A stretch of 64,000 bases of DNA from Octopus sinensis (Eukaryota): the NCBI RefSeq assembly GCF_006345805.1, contig NC_042998.1:136028001-136092000 (forward strand), given 5' to 3'. Below the pieces are notes generated by a model. That model was not told the DNA's origin and made no database searches. It saw nothing but the letters and a program-made list of their open reading frames with translations. The stretch's first letter is position 1; every line of letters starts with the position of its first letter. Made by a program: the position numbers and the translations under genes. Shown here piece by piece: positions 25,982 through 38,195 of the stretch.

Positions 25982-26970
25982 CATATAGAATAGAGTCGGA
26001 AATTATCTATTTTGCCAAAATCTGCAATATCTTCTTCGGATTTGTATGTTTTAAACAACGGAGATTACGGTTCTGCAACATCTCTGTAAAAATGATCAAT
26101 TCCGAAATGAAATTCTGCCAAATAATTGGCTTTGTCAAAAGTTTTATTTTGCATAATCATAATCTCCGGTGTTTAAAACATACATGTGAAAGAAAAAAAA
26201 TCAGAAAAATGTCAAAAAGAAAGTTATAGAAAGTTGAAAAAGTGGGCATGTGTGTGTGTGTGTACAAAAGCTTGTTCAGATGAGGGCACCGCCCATGATC
26301 CTTTCACGGCTGCTGACACGGAAAGGAAGTTATCCTAAGGCCCAATTACTTTGCAACAGAATGAACTCCCAAAGGCAGACCAACGGCCAGCTGGCTATGT
26401 AAGACCAAGCGATGTAAAACCCCAAGTTGAACAAAACAAGGATTTCCAAGTAGATCATACCACCAAAGAAGAAAAGAAAGCCAAGAAAATACACGTGGAA
26501 TGAGAGGGGGATTTGAGGCTGTGAAAAACGTATTTCATACCAACTGTGAATTGTCAACTACAAGTTGAATGTAGTAATAACTGAAGTCCCTATAAGCGAT
26601 AATACGTAAAGTGATCGCTTGATCTGCTAGAAATAGCTGCCAAATCTTTCTGAAATCACACCCTACTATCTTATATCATTAAGGCATTAGATAATGTGGT
26701 CTTACATGTATTGTATCTAAAATCAAGAGGAAATGGCAGTGGCTGGAATACTTTTGCTCATAGGTTTGCTTAACCAGATTTGACCGGGGTTAAACAACGT
26801 GACTTGGTCAAATTAAGTAGCGTTTGCGTGATTGCTCGATCTGCTAGAAATAGCAGCCTTACTTCATCCGTCTTATACAAGATGATATTTAAGACTACAT
26901 TGGATAACACAGAGGATTAGGGTTACATAATAACTGAATAAGACAGGATGATCATAGCTGACTTGGGTTA
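25460..26970 (+). repeat. Cluster of four copies of a ~170-bp interspersed repeat
   Basis: Core 'gatctgctagaaatagcagccaaatct' at ~25468, 25655, 26620 and 26838. Other copies at ~6310, 36780, 37140, 39100 (-) and 47680. Confidence 0.8.
26300..26530 (+). mobile_element. Probable RTE-like LINE 3' remnant
   Basis: Across frames: ..AGYVR..SDV..IPPKKKRKPRKYTWNE.GI.EAVKKR, resembling the RTE end WYGHV.RM...WIPP.RRKRGRP..TW.EGI. Confidence 0.45.
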
Positions 26971-27583
26971 ATTTTTTTAAAAATTATTATTATTATTAAA
27001 GTTAATAATATCGATTATTTATTAATGTCTCGAAATTGATAGATTGGGTACATTAAGAGGACAAGTTGTAAAATGGAATTAATAGCAAAATATGGCAATA
27101 TCCCATGACGTAGACCACTACCTGGGACTAATGGAAAAATCCCACAGGTCAACGATTACTAAGGGTAAATGCGTTCTTTCAGCTGTTTTCTTCGGCCTAC
27201 AAAGCATATGATGAGAGCGGGCCCAGAGTCTGGATTATGATTGTAAATCGAGCCGACACATGAAAATATTTACTGAAGAGGCAGTATCTCCTTTTCCACA
27301 ACCATTTTCTTCTCCATGTGTTAAATTTTCAAAAAGTAAACGTGAGTTTGGCCGAAGAGGAAGTGCCCGAAGTCAGCCCTTTCAGTCGTGTCCACGCGCA
27401 ACTTCTTTCACCATAGCCACCAGAGAGAGGAAAACTACCTGTCCTTCCTGATCAAAAGAAGGCAACGAGATGCCGGTTGAATTCGCATCGACTATAAGAT
27501 GTTGCTATCTCGGAAATAAATGTTTATTATTATGTTATTAAACAGAGTCGTACGAGCAATTATCTCTATATCTCTCTCTCTCT

Positions 27584-27632
<49 letters not shown>

Positions 27633-28028
27633 TATACACACATACAGAGAGTGAGAGTGTGTGTGTGTGTGTGTGCGAGACGTTTGGTGGAACAAACGCA
27701 CATACATATTTGTATATAAATATACTTTTTGATAAGTGCCATACACGAAACTCTCGGTCCTTGAGCTACTTCTATAACTTTCTGTCGAATACAAAATACT
27801 AAAAAGTATACTTAATACACACACACACACACATGATCAGGATGAAACGCAGCAGACGCGATATAATGATAGTGAAAGAGGTGTTGATAACCGATGTAGT
27901 TATATATTATTACTATAATTATTTCCAGAAATAACCGTTATGTGTTGTAGCGACAGCAAAATACTAAAATAATCACATCACAAATTACTGGCCATCACAA
28001 CTAAGTTGGTAAAGAACCATCATCTTAC

Positions 28029-28151
28029 CTCTGGATTTTGTGGAATCTGTCCACAGTTCGAATCTGGTCTACTTCCCACCGACACAATCCACACCATGTC
28101 CGGACGAATGACTGACCTCTGTGGTTGTTGACCACCACCAAACGGCAACAT
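28029..28151 (-). CDS. Candidate alternative first coding exon, 41 aa
   Basis: ATG at 28151 with an in-frame TAA 15 nt upstream; MLPFGGGQQPQRSVIRPDMVWIVSVGSRPDSNCGQIPQNPE; donor GAG|gtaaga. A CpG-rich unique leader extends to ~28790. Confidence 0.45.
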
Positions 28152-29358
28152 TGATGCAATGTGAAGTTAAAAAAGCATCTTCAATGTCTACATGCCAAAA
28201 TTGTTTTTCATTCATCCTTTGTTATTCTGTTTTGTCGCTAAATAGTATTTTACGAATACATATCTTCTCATGTTTGTCAAATTTCACACACTGCTGCTAT
28301 GTGAATGTACCCTAGTATGTTTCCGTCATAACACCGCCGCTTTCTGGGTTTTAGGTATAAGCTTCCGTCGGCACCCAGGTTGCTGTGCACATATAAAAAA
28401 AAAACGTGTTTGCTGTACGCTGTGCACATACGTAAAGTAGATTTGTCTTCGACAAAGCTTGAGCGACAGAAGATGGATATATTCAAGCAGGAAAACGACT
28501 ACTTTAATGGTGATACAGACTTGGAACGGTGTTGTGCGTAGACATGTACTCGTCCGTGTAGATTAGTGGTCAGCATGTATGTATCAATGTATGTGTGTGT
28601 GTGTGTGCGCGCGCGTGGGTATATACATATATATCTATAAGAGTATTGGCGAGCACGTTCGCGTCATTCACAGCTTCTTTACTAGAGCGAAAGTGGAAAA
28701 TGTCGAAGGCATCTTCGCAAAAGCATGTCTTGGACTCTTGAACCGTGACAACAGATAGGCAGGTCGCTCTCTCTCTCTCACTCACTCACTTAATAATGAC
28801 GTATGTGTGTGTCATACGTTTTCGTGTGAGAAAAACAGAAAGGGAAAATTAGAAGCTGACGATGATACTGACAGCCGTGCTTCAACTGGCAAAAACTAAC
28901 TTAGTGTATCGCTAGCACACACCTTGCTGTATGGACAAGCTCTGTAACCTGGACTGGCCTGCATTTGACAGCGATCTTCACTAAATGCTATTAGTCCCAC
29001 AGGACTCTTCCTTTATGCGTGATATATATATATATATATATATATTAGAGGTGCGTATGTGCGAAACCTGCTGTTGTCACTCGTCCACTACCATAATGAA
29101 TGATTGTTCTGTCCAGATGGTTATACAATACATACCTGTATTAAAGCAAACAGCGCGAAGGAAAAAATATATAACGCATTTTTTTTACAGTTAAAGTCAG
29201 TTCTCCGTGGTCATCGCCGTCGTCATCATTACCATCTGTAGCACCATCATCACCCTTCAATGTATTATCTGCGATAATACATGTTTTTACCATCACAATC
29301 CTACCTGCTACAACAATATCCTTCCTCAATCTTATCATGCACTTTCTACTAGAGTTCA

Positions 29359-29398
<40 letters not shown>

Positions 29399-29724
29399 CA
29401 CATTCTGTATTTCTAATCTTCAACCCGCTTTCCCCACAAATCTTCACTTACATAAAATCAACATACATTTAATATACACGCACTAACGAACGTACAAACG
29501 TCACTGAAATATAACGAAATAATACTTCATATGCATGGGTATTTTTTTTACTTCGTTCTATAACCATGCACATCTGCACATACACTTACTACACATTTTC
29601 ATGTTAAATTAATTCATACATACATACATGTATATATACATAGTATATACATATATATGTATATATTGTATGTATGTTTATGCTATGTATATATTATATG
29701 CTATGTATAAAAAAAATATGCATT

Positions 29725-29890
29725 TATTCTTTTAGTTGTTTCAATCATTTGCTGGAGCACCGCCTTTAGTCGAACAGATCGACCCCAGGACTTATTCTTT
29801 GTAAGTCTAGTACTTATTCTGTTGGTCCTTTTTGCAGGAATGTAAACACACTAACATCGGTTGTCAAGCGATGGAGGGGGACAAACACAG

Positions 29891-29958
<68 letters not shown>

Positions 29959-30490
29959 CGGGCTTCTATCAGCTTCCATCTGCTAAATCCACTCACAAGG
30001 TTTTGGTTGGGTCGAGGCTATAGCAGAAGACAGTTGCTCAAGCTGCCATGCAGTGGGACTGAACCTGGAACCAAGTGGTTGGGAAGCAAGCTTCTTACCA
30101 TACAGTTACTACTGCGCCTATATATATATCGTTATTTCTGTTCTATATATATATACCAACCATATGATTCTGGGTTCAGTCCCACTGCGTGGCACCTTGG
30201 GCAAGTGGCTTCTACTATAGCTCCGGGCCGACCAAAGCCTTGTGAGTGGATTTGGTAGACGGAAACTGAAAGAAGCCCGTCGTATATATGTATATGTTTG
30301 TGTATATGTGTTTGCCCCCTAACGTCGTTTGACAACTGATGCTGGTGTGTTTAGGTCCGTAACTTAGCGGTTCGGTAAAAAAATACGATAGAATAAGTAC
30401 TAGGCTTACAAAGAATACGTCCTAAAGGCGGTGCTCCAGCATGGCCGCAGTCAAATGCCTGAAACAAGTAAAAGTATGAAAGAGAATATA
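29725..30490. mobile_element. Head-to-head inverted pair of family-B SINEs
   Basis: Minus copy ~29725-30120 and plus copy ~30158-30490, with complementary motifs (aatccactcacaagg / ccttgtgagtggatt; gcagtgggactgaacc / ggttcagtcccactgc). Confidence 0.9.
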
Positions 30491-30686
30491 TATATACACT
30501 TTTTTTATTAAAGCTATGCATATATGCATGCATATACACACACGTGTGATTACACATTTAACGAAACTTCGATGATACTAAATAAAATTACTATCTTTTA
30601 GTCACTATCCTTTACATTTATTACATGTAAACTACCTAAAACATTTCATCCCTTGCATATATATATATATATATATAAAGCCTTAC

Positions 30687-30804
30687 CTTGGGCCTTCAAC
30701 TTCTTAGTGGAATCATAGGGACGCCGTCGTGATTTACGGCGTGTCTTGGGCATTTGTAAATCCGGCGGAATCCACCCTTCTCCTTGATCGACCACTGTCG
30801 ACTT
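30687..30804 (-). CDS. Candidate exon (118 nt) containing a probable start codon; basic, NLS-like N-terminus
   Basis: Acceptor ...cccgtctctctttctcaaag| and donor AAG|gtaagg. The only frame open across the exon reads KSTVVDQGEGWIPPDLQMPKTRRKSRRRPYDSTKKLKAQ(G); ATG at 30753. Confidence 0.55.
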
Positions 30805-30943
30805 CTTTGAGAAAGAGAGACGGGGTGGGGAGAGAATAAAGAATGAGCGAAAGGGAAGAGACTACCTTACTATAAGACTGATACTTTATTTATCAACCCG
30901 GAGAGGATGAATCGTAAGGTTGACGTCTGGGTGCAGAGAGCTG

Positions 30944-31357
30944 GGATCTTTTCGGTTTGACCGGCAGTTTTTTAAAATAATTTCCACGTAACTAAACACT
31001 TTTAAACTTTGTATACTGGTAGAATGTGTTTATTAAACACCTTTTTCTCTTGGCTTTATTGAGAAAATTCTATGGTTTGTAAGATATTTGTTGCTGTTTT
31101 TTCTTCAATTTCTGCAATTTCAACCAATCACTGACGTCTATTGAGTTAAAAAAAACATTCTGTGCCGTATGAATATGTCCCTCGTTTAAGAAACAGATTG
31201 GGTTTATTTACATTTGTGAAGAAAAAAATATACCCTTCCTCCCACCCTAACCCTAAAACAGATTGAAATGCAATAGATCGATACTAGGGTCATAATTATG
31301 GGTGACAATTTCATATGACACCGCTAGAAAAAACTGCCGTTCAAACCGAAAAGATCC
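30944..31357. mobile_element. 414-bp MITE with 30-bp TIRs and 8-bp TSD
   Basis: TIR ggatcttttcggtttga(c/a)cggcagtttttt with one mismatch. TSD GAGAGCTG at 30936-30943 and 31358-31365. Confidence 0.93.
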
Positions 31358-31843
31358 GAGAGCTGGAACAATTACCTTAAAGTTGTGTATCTGAAGCTCT
31401 TACAAGATCGGTCAATTGGCCTGCCTTATGTATAAGTGTGTGTGTGTGTGCGCGCGCGCGTTGAAGGAGAGGAGAGAGAGAGACGCAGACAGACAATGAG
31501 ACAGGGAGACAGACAGACGATTTGCAGAGTCGTTAGGGCGTTGTATAGATTGCTAATCGGTAACTGTTCTGGCTCTCTATGCTCTGAGTTCAAATACTGT
31601 TGGGGTCTATTTTGCTGTTGTTCCTTTCGGAGTCGAGTCGATCGATAAAGTACCAGTTATGTACTTGGATCGATTCTTCTGTTTCTGTTAAAAAAAAATT
31701 TAGACCTGGATTTGACCACTCGACCTGAATTTTAAATACCCAACACACACTGTATGTTGCGACGACCTTCCTATAATTCGTCCAGTAAATTGAAAATCCA
31801 AAGCAAGACATAAATATAAAATATTCTGCAGTGTCCCCTTTAC

Positions 31844-32071
31844 CTTAAAAGAGGCGCTCGATAAACATTTACGCGAAGAATAAGTGAGGTTCACAAACAG
31901 ATGGTGATCTGTGAAATAATCACGTTATGAAACATCATTGAGCTTTTGTGAGTCCTAGCAGCCGTTTGTGGACAGTTTCATCGATGCCAAGAAGCCCCTT
32001 AGCAGCTTGCGCAAGGAAGCTCTATAGGAGGCTATCTTAAGTACCCGGCGTTATCGGAAGTTTAAAGAATG
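31844..32071 (-). other. Candidate non-coding (5' UTR) exon, 228 nt
   Basis: Acceptor tatttatttcctttag| and donor AAG|gtaaag; stops in all frames. Spliced to the 30804 exon it adds no in-frame ATG ahead of 30753. Confidence 0.45.
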
Positions 32072-32449
32072 CTAAAGGAAATAAATATATTTATTCTGAT
32101 AAAAAAAGATATTTTCAGAAAAATTCTATCAGATGACGTGAGTATAAACAAAGTTATTAAAACAAATCCCGAAATCAATCATAGTTTAATTTTGTAGAAT
32201 TTCTAAATATACAATGTTTTCAGTGTGTCCTTTAATTGGTGTGCAAAGAGAAAGAGTTTTGGGACTTCCAGCTCGCGAACATCCTACATATAATTGCCCA
32301 CGAGAGAAGCAAGTTTAAGTCCAACAACATTGAGAGATTGTGCTTGGAATTTGTTTATGGATATAGAAAAACTTAGTTTCACTGGGAACTGGAGCTGTTT
32401 AAATTCATAGGGGAGGTCAGATGGGATTAATGGAATCCGTGAAATGAAA

Positions 32450-33269
32450 ACATCATCCCCCTTATATTTCCCAAGAGAAATGAATTTCGGTGGTAAGGAC
32501 TAAACCCCTTGTTTCATTATCACAATTAAAAAGCGTTTATCTTTACTTAAAACAAAACAAAAAAAGAGGTAGTGGTCGTAGACGTATGACGAAGAAGTAT
32601 TCAATATCGTGTTTTCTTCCAACAGAATCGTTTAGCTTCAAAGCAAAAACCAAAACCAACGTATACGACAGGTATGTAAAACATATTTCTGGTTTTGAAA
32701 AAAAGGGGGGAAAAAAATAGTGACCCCCCCCCCGAACATTCCCCGTGTAATGGCAAACCTTCATGCCAAATTTGGTACAGATTGATCCGGCGGTTTGGCT
32801 GTGCAGAACAATATCCCATATGGCTAGGGGAAAATTGTAGATTCGATTTCGAATTGAGGTAGGACTTTGTAGAAATAGTCACATCAGATTTAAATATGAA
32901 ATATCGAGTGTACTCTAACTAATTTTATTAGGTCCATTCCACGAACAGTTATTTGAATAAATCATGTCGATATCAATAAATTATGCCACGGGAATATTGA
33001 ACTTCAAAATTTATAAAGTTTATCCTATAAATTGAAAGATATCCTACAGTGTATAAATAACAGTGTGTCCGTATGAAGGCCTTTTGTTATTTAGAAACCT
33101 TACTGTTTCTTTTTCTTTAAACCTCTTGTTTCATTATCACAATTAAAAAGCATTTCAGAATTGTTTACCTTTAAAGCGAAAATACAAAACTGACATAATT
33201 TCAGACACCCAAATTTGGTTCTGATTGATCCAGCTGTTTGGCCGTGCATAGAGGAAACACGCACACACA

Positions 33270-33310
<41 letters not shown>

Positions 33311-33724
33311 ACACACACACACAGAGTAAGAATGAAAGTGAAACAATTAGTGAAAGAAAAGTGAGACAATAAAAGTGAAACTATACCGCTGCAAAAAAAA
33401 AATTCGGAAGGGTCATATGTAGAGGTGGGGGCGACAGCCCCCCTATATGGGCAAGGGCCAAAATTTGACCCCACCCACCCAACCTTCCCCGAGTAATGAA
33501 AAACCTTCAAGTCAAATTTCGTATTATACCGCTGTAAAAAAAAAAACGGGTCGTATAGGGGGCTACGGCCCCATGTATGAGCAAGGGCCAAAATTTGACG
33601 CACACACACACCCAGAACCATCCCTGATTAATGAAAAACCTTCATGCCAAATTTGGTACAGATTGATCCAGCGGTTTGGCCGTGCATAGAGGAAACACAC
33701 ACAGAGGATTTTATATATATAGAT
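32450..33724 (+). mobile_element. Non-autonomous Helitron/HINE-like element with internal duplications
   Basis: Three copies of aaatttggt.c.gattgatcc.gc.gtttggc.gtgca (~32768, 33211, 33648), (CA)n tracts and a 3' end ttttatatatatagat; architecture like Lep1/DINE-type elements. Confidence 0.55.
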
Positions 33725-33769
33725 GGAGTGCCTATCTGCTGTATAAACATTATGCAATCACTTTGCCAA

Positions 33770-34640
33770 AATATACATTGCTATGTCAGAACCAAAAATG
33801 ATAACAAGGATATCTACTGCCCATTTTCTTTCTTTGTTCCTGCTGGTGGTGAATTTGATAATGAAGAAGTCTAAAGAAAGAAGAATCAGCATACGACATC
33901 AAATGGAACAGGGATGACTCGTAGACCTTGACTTCACCGAGGATGTGAAATTCCTCAGAACCACGCCTACAGTAATCCTGCTAGACATAATAATTAGTCT
34001 CAGTAACAGGAGCTCAAATTAGCAACGAAAAGACGAAATTGATGCACTGCAGCGAAGGCCAGGTGCTGGAAATCGTCGATTTGTTCAAGAATCTGGGCAG
34101 TAACATTACCAAAGATAGAATTTTGGAAAGTGATGTGAAGGGACTCAGCAAAGCCGCTGCTTGTCTTCCAGTACTTGGCACCCGTATGCGCCAATTATTC
34201 CATCAACCAAAGCACCATATTCCACCTGAATACATCCATTGGCAAATCGACGCCGATTTATACTTCCGAGACATGTAAGAAGACCAGTAGAAAACTTAAG
34301 CTGTCTTCCACAGATGTTGCCTTAATAACGTACTAAAGATTTGACTTGACTAAATCGTGAATGAAAAAGTTGTGGAAAAGGGTGAGCTACCTAACCTACA
34401 GAATAATTCTAACTTTGAGACGGCGGAATGTGTTCGGCTTCTTGCTACGTATGTTCATGAAGAGATCAGTTAGATCCTCTCTCCAGTGGAAACGAGAAAA
34501 GTGTAGGCAAAGATGCAGGGCCTTGCAGATATGGAGCTAGTCTGGGAGCAGGTTCATGATAGGGCTTGCGATAGTACTGGGTGGAGATCTCTCACCACGC
34601 GATGTTTCATGCAGAACAAGAGGAACTGCGTCTAGGACTA
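33770..34640 (+). mobile_element. Decayed RTE-clade LINE (RT C-terminal half)
   Basis: PFSFFV..IMKKS, LVDLDF.EDV, GAQISNEKTKLM, LEIVDLFKNLGSNITKD and RRRNVFGFLLRM occur in RTE order. Confidence 0.82.
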
Positions 34641-35184
34641 CGATATGTATGTATGTATGAATGTGTTTTATTCTATGTGTTTACCACATAGAAGAACGAC
34701 AAATGTCCGAAACGTCAGAGATACGCTTATTCGTTCCCTTTATGCGTTAAACTAACGCCTTATTCCTTTGTACTATGTACTTCCCTGATTTCGTTTTGCT
34801 TTACTTGTTTTTCATTTGTTTTGTGTGTGAGTGTGTGCCTGCGCGCGCGTACAATTGTTCAAAAGACTGAGTTACATATCTATTGAACTAACATATAAGT
34901 GGTTATGTATTGCACAGACATGTGCAGTGTCAACCTAATTCTCAAATTCTCGGGTAGAATCAATGCAACAGTTTGATAAAAATGAACCTTTGGATTACGG
35001 CTACAGTCCATCTGACGAGCTTTCGAACAGTTTATGTTGGCCCAATTCCACTCACAAAGACTTGGATCGACGTGCAACTAAAGTGAAAGACATTTGCCCA
35101 CGGTGGTATGCAGAGAGATCGAACTTGAAATCTCATTATGGCTCTGTAGATATCGGCTTTGCCAATACTTAAGGCTCTATGTAG

Positions 35185-35870
35185 GCTCTGTTGGCATTCC
35201 TACAGATGTGTACCCCGCCGACTTTGTTTCCTCATAACTTCTGGAAAATGGGTATTTTTAATGAAATTTTCTACAAATATGCTTCAGATGGTGTAGATTC
35301 TCATTATATAGGAATTTATTGTAAAAACATGTTTCCGAGGAGTTTCGGAAAATTCACGAAACGGCTTTCTTTCCTCATAACTTACAGAAAAATGGATAAT
35401 TTTTTATGAAATTTTCTAGAGAGACTTTTCAGAGTGTGTAAATTACGATTATATCGCAATTTCATGTGACAAGTAAAATAGCACATACACATACTGACAC
35501 GTATTACAATTTGTTTTGAAATTTCAAGTTTCATTTTCTAGATATATGTGACGTGTGTCAGAATGTATGTACAGGAGTCCGCCAACTTTGTTTTTTCATA
35601 TTAAATTCCTATATATTTGTAATCAAAACATTCTGGAAGGTATTTATAGAAAATTTTTATAAAAAAGTTACCCATTTTTCTGAAAGTTATGTGTAAAGAA
35701 AGCCGTCTCGTATAAACTTCCCACAACTCTTCACCTCACTCTCGGAAACTATATAATGAGAATTAACATTATCTGAAGCATATTTGTGGGAAATTTTATT
35801 AAAAAATATCAAATTTTCTGGAAGTTATGAGGAAACAAAGTCGATGGGGTGCACAGCTGTAGGAATGCTG
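35185..35870. mobile_element. Foldback-type palindromic element (~685 bp)
   Basis: Left arm gcattcctacagatgtgtaccccgccgactttgtttcctcataacttc.. pairs with right arm ..gaagttatgaggaaacaaagtcgatggggtgcacagctgtaggaatgc. The arms contain internal subrepeats. Confidence 0.85.
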
Positions 35871-36531
35871 GCTGTTATCCACTGCATGCAAATGTAATTT
35901 ATTTCATTCTTCATCGAGGACCTACGTAGAAAATTATTTAATTCACAATTTGAAATATTTCTTGAAGGTATTCCCTCGACTTAGTTTCATTTACATGTAA
36001 CAAATGCAGACCTCATGTACAGCTTTCAACTACACAAACTTGCAGAAAACTAAAGCAACCGCAGAAACACATGAACTTATATGACCTCACAATAAGCATT
36101 GAAACATGCATAAACACACGACATACATAAATTATAGTGTTGGTGGGCGAAAACCCATTCACATAGACAACACAAACAACGAGTATGTATTTCTTCTTTG
36201 TTTTTGACTAATTTTACTATTGCATATTACGCTTTTGTAAATTGCATTCTCCTGTTGTTTTTATTTATTTATTCTTTTTCAGTTTCATGAATTTATTGTT
36301 ACCGCATACTTTACATAAATATTCCACATTAAAATATAAATCCGAAAATATAACCATGAGCGAAGAAAGAAAAAAAAGGAAGAAAAACATCAATTCAACA
36401 CCAAATACATCAATCGTAGTTCAATGGAATTTATTCTAGAAGTAAGCCAACACGCTCAAAGCATTACTGTGCACGATGATGAGGCTAAGGTACACATCTG
36501 TAGGAATGCCAACAGAGCCAAGTACCCTCAC

Positions 36532-36618
36532 GTACACCTGACGCTTCGGTTAGGCAAGCCGCTAATGGTAACAAAAATTTCGTTGTCAGCAGCTCTTTCA
36601 AACGTCACAGATTTTGTT
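36532..36618 (-). other. Candidate 87-nt exon (coding phase 2->2, or 5' UTR)
   Basis: Acceptor tattttacttattacag|; donor TAC|gtgagg, with an alternative CAG|gtgtac 6 nt upstream. One open frame: TKSVTFERAADNEIFVTISGLPNRSVRC. Confidence 0.4.
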
Positions 36619-37989
36619 CTGTAATAAGTAAAATACACAAATGGAACACACAAACATAAATACAGGCACAGAAATCTATTGAGTTGTATGCATACTGAAG
36701 CCTGCAAAATTAATAAACACACGCACATAAAAGTCTATAACAACTTCCGAGGTTTCCATTCATACACAAGGTTGCTCGGCGTGCAAGAAATAGCAGCCAA
36801 ATCTCCATGAAACTGCACGCCTTCATAAAAAAAATTGTTGATGCGATCTTGTATACCAAAAAAAAAGACGGGGAGAGGGGGTGTCATGACTGGATTGGCT
36901 AGTTCATAAGTCGACTGCGCCAGTGAGAGCTAATTTGGGGCTTAACATATACAAAACCACACAGGACTCGATGAGTACTTTGCAAATCATCAGCGCGCGC
37001 ACATACACACACATACATATATATGTATATAATTAACACTTCTGAGATTTATATTAATCTTTCAAATATATATACAAACAGTACACTGACACAAAAATAT
37101 ACCCTAGCTGATAAACGTCAAGCTCTTGCATAGCCGCTCGACCCATCGAAAATCTTCTTCAAATAAAACTACGGTTTTAGAAAGGCAGAGCACATTGGAT
37201 ATTGTATTATATCGAAGAAAACGGCAGAATGTTTATGGACCTGGAATGTCTATTTAGTTAAACCCTAGATCAGATTAAAACCAACTGTTGCCCTAAACGC
37301 GGTCAAAGAATTGTTCCTTTGATCTTCCTGTTAAGTGTGAAATAACTGTTGAAAATTTCAGATTTCTTTCAAGTCAATCCCAAGTTCAAAGCCCACAATA
37401 TAACCTATTTTAATTGTATTTGAGTTGTTAAAATTTTATGTATTTAACACAAATAGAAAATAAACTAGAACAACAGAAAAACTGCAAATTTTCGAAATTT
37501 ATAATTCATTAAAAAATACAATTTACAGCATGGTAAATCTGACACTGGAAGAATCTGTAGCACATAGCCTTTCTTGGTGCCCTAAACTCAAGCATATTTC
37601 GTTTAATGGTTAATCGAGGACTGGCGTGGAGCTAAACAGCTTAAAAGTACATGTTTTGTTTGTTTTTCTTTATAGCATTATAGTACGCATAGTAATACAT
37701 AAATTTGTTGCTGCTTATAGAAAGAACTTGGGTTATTTTTGTATTTTTCGTTTAAGTACGGTTTCTTTTTCTCGGTTTATTTTTGAATATTTCTCAAGAA
37801 ATGTATATATATATATAAAAATATACACAAAAAGCAAAATCTCCAGTTATGAATTTATTTCATAATTATGATGGGACAGTTCTTTTTAACAGAGTTTTCA
37901 CTTATTTAGAAAGAACTAAAAGACGTAATAAGCATCCGTAAAGTTCCTTGGTTAATTGCCTCTTAAATAACAAACATAAACATTTACAG

Positions 37990-38195
<206 letters not shown>

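Noticed and set aside
26339-26503. Protein-like + frame PITLQQNELPKADQRPAGYVRPSDVKPQVEQ...KIHVE*, and hydrophobic minus ORF 26330..26557
   Set aside because: No start codon or good splice pair; motifs across frames fit a decayed RTE 3' end.
27260-27460. CpG-rich unique segment with a minus-strand acceptor (cttttgatcag|GAAGGACAG)
   Set aside because: Only weak donors follow and frames close within about 40 codons; it could equally be regulatory DNA.
34963-35172. ORF MQQFDKNEPLDYGYSPSDEL...
   Set aside because: Its second half is a diverged family-B SINE (ccactcacaaag..gacatttgccc).
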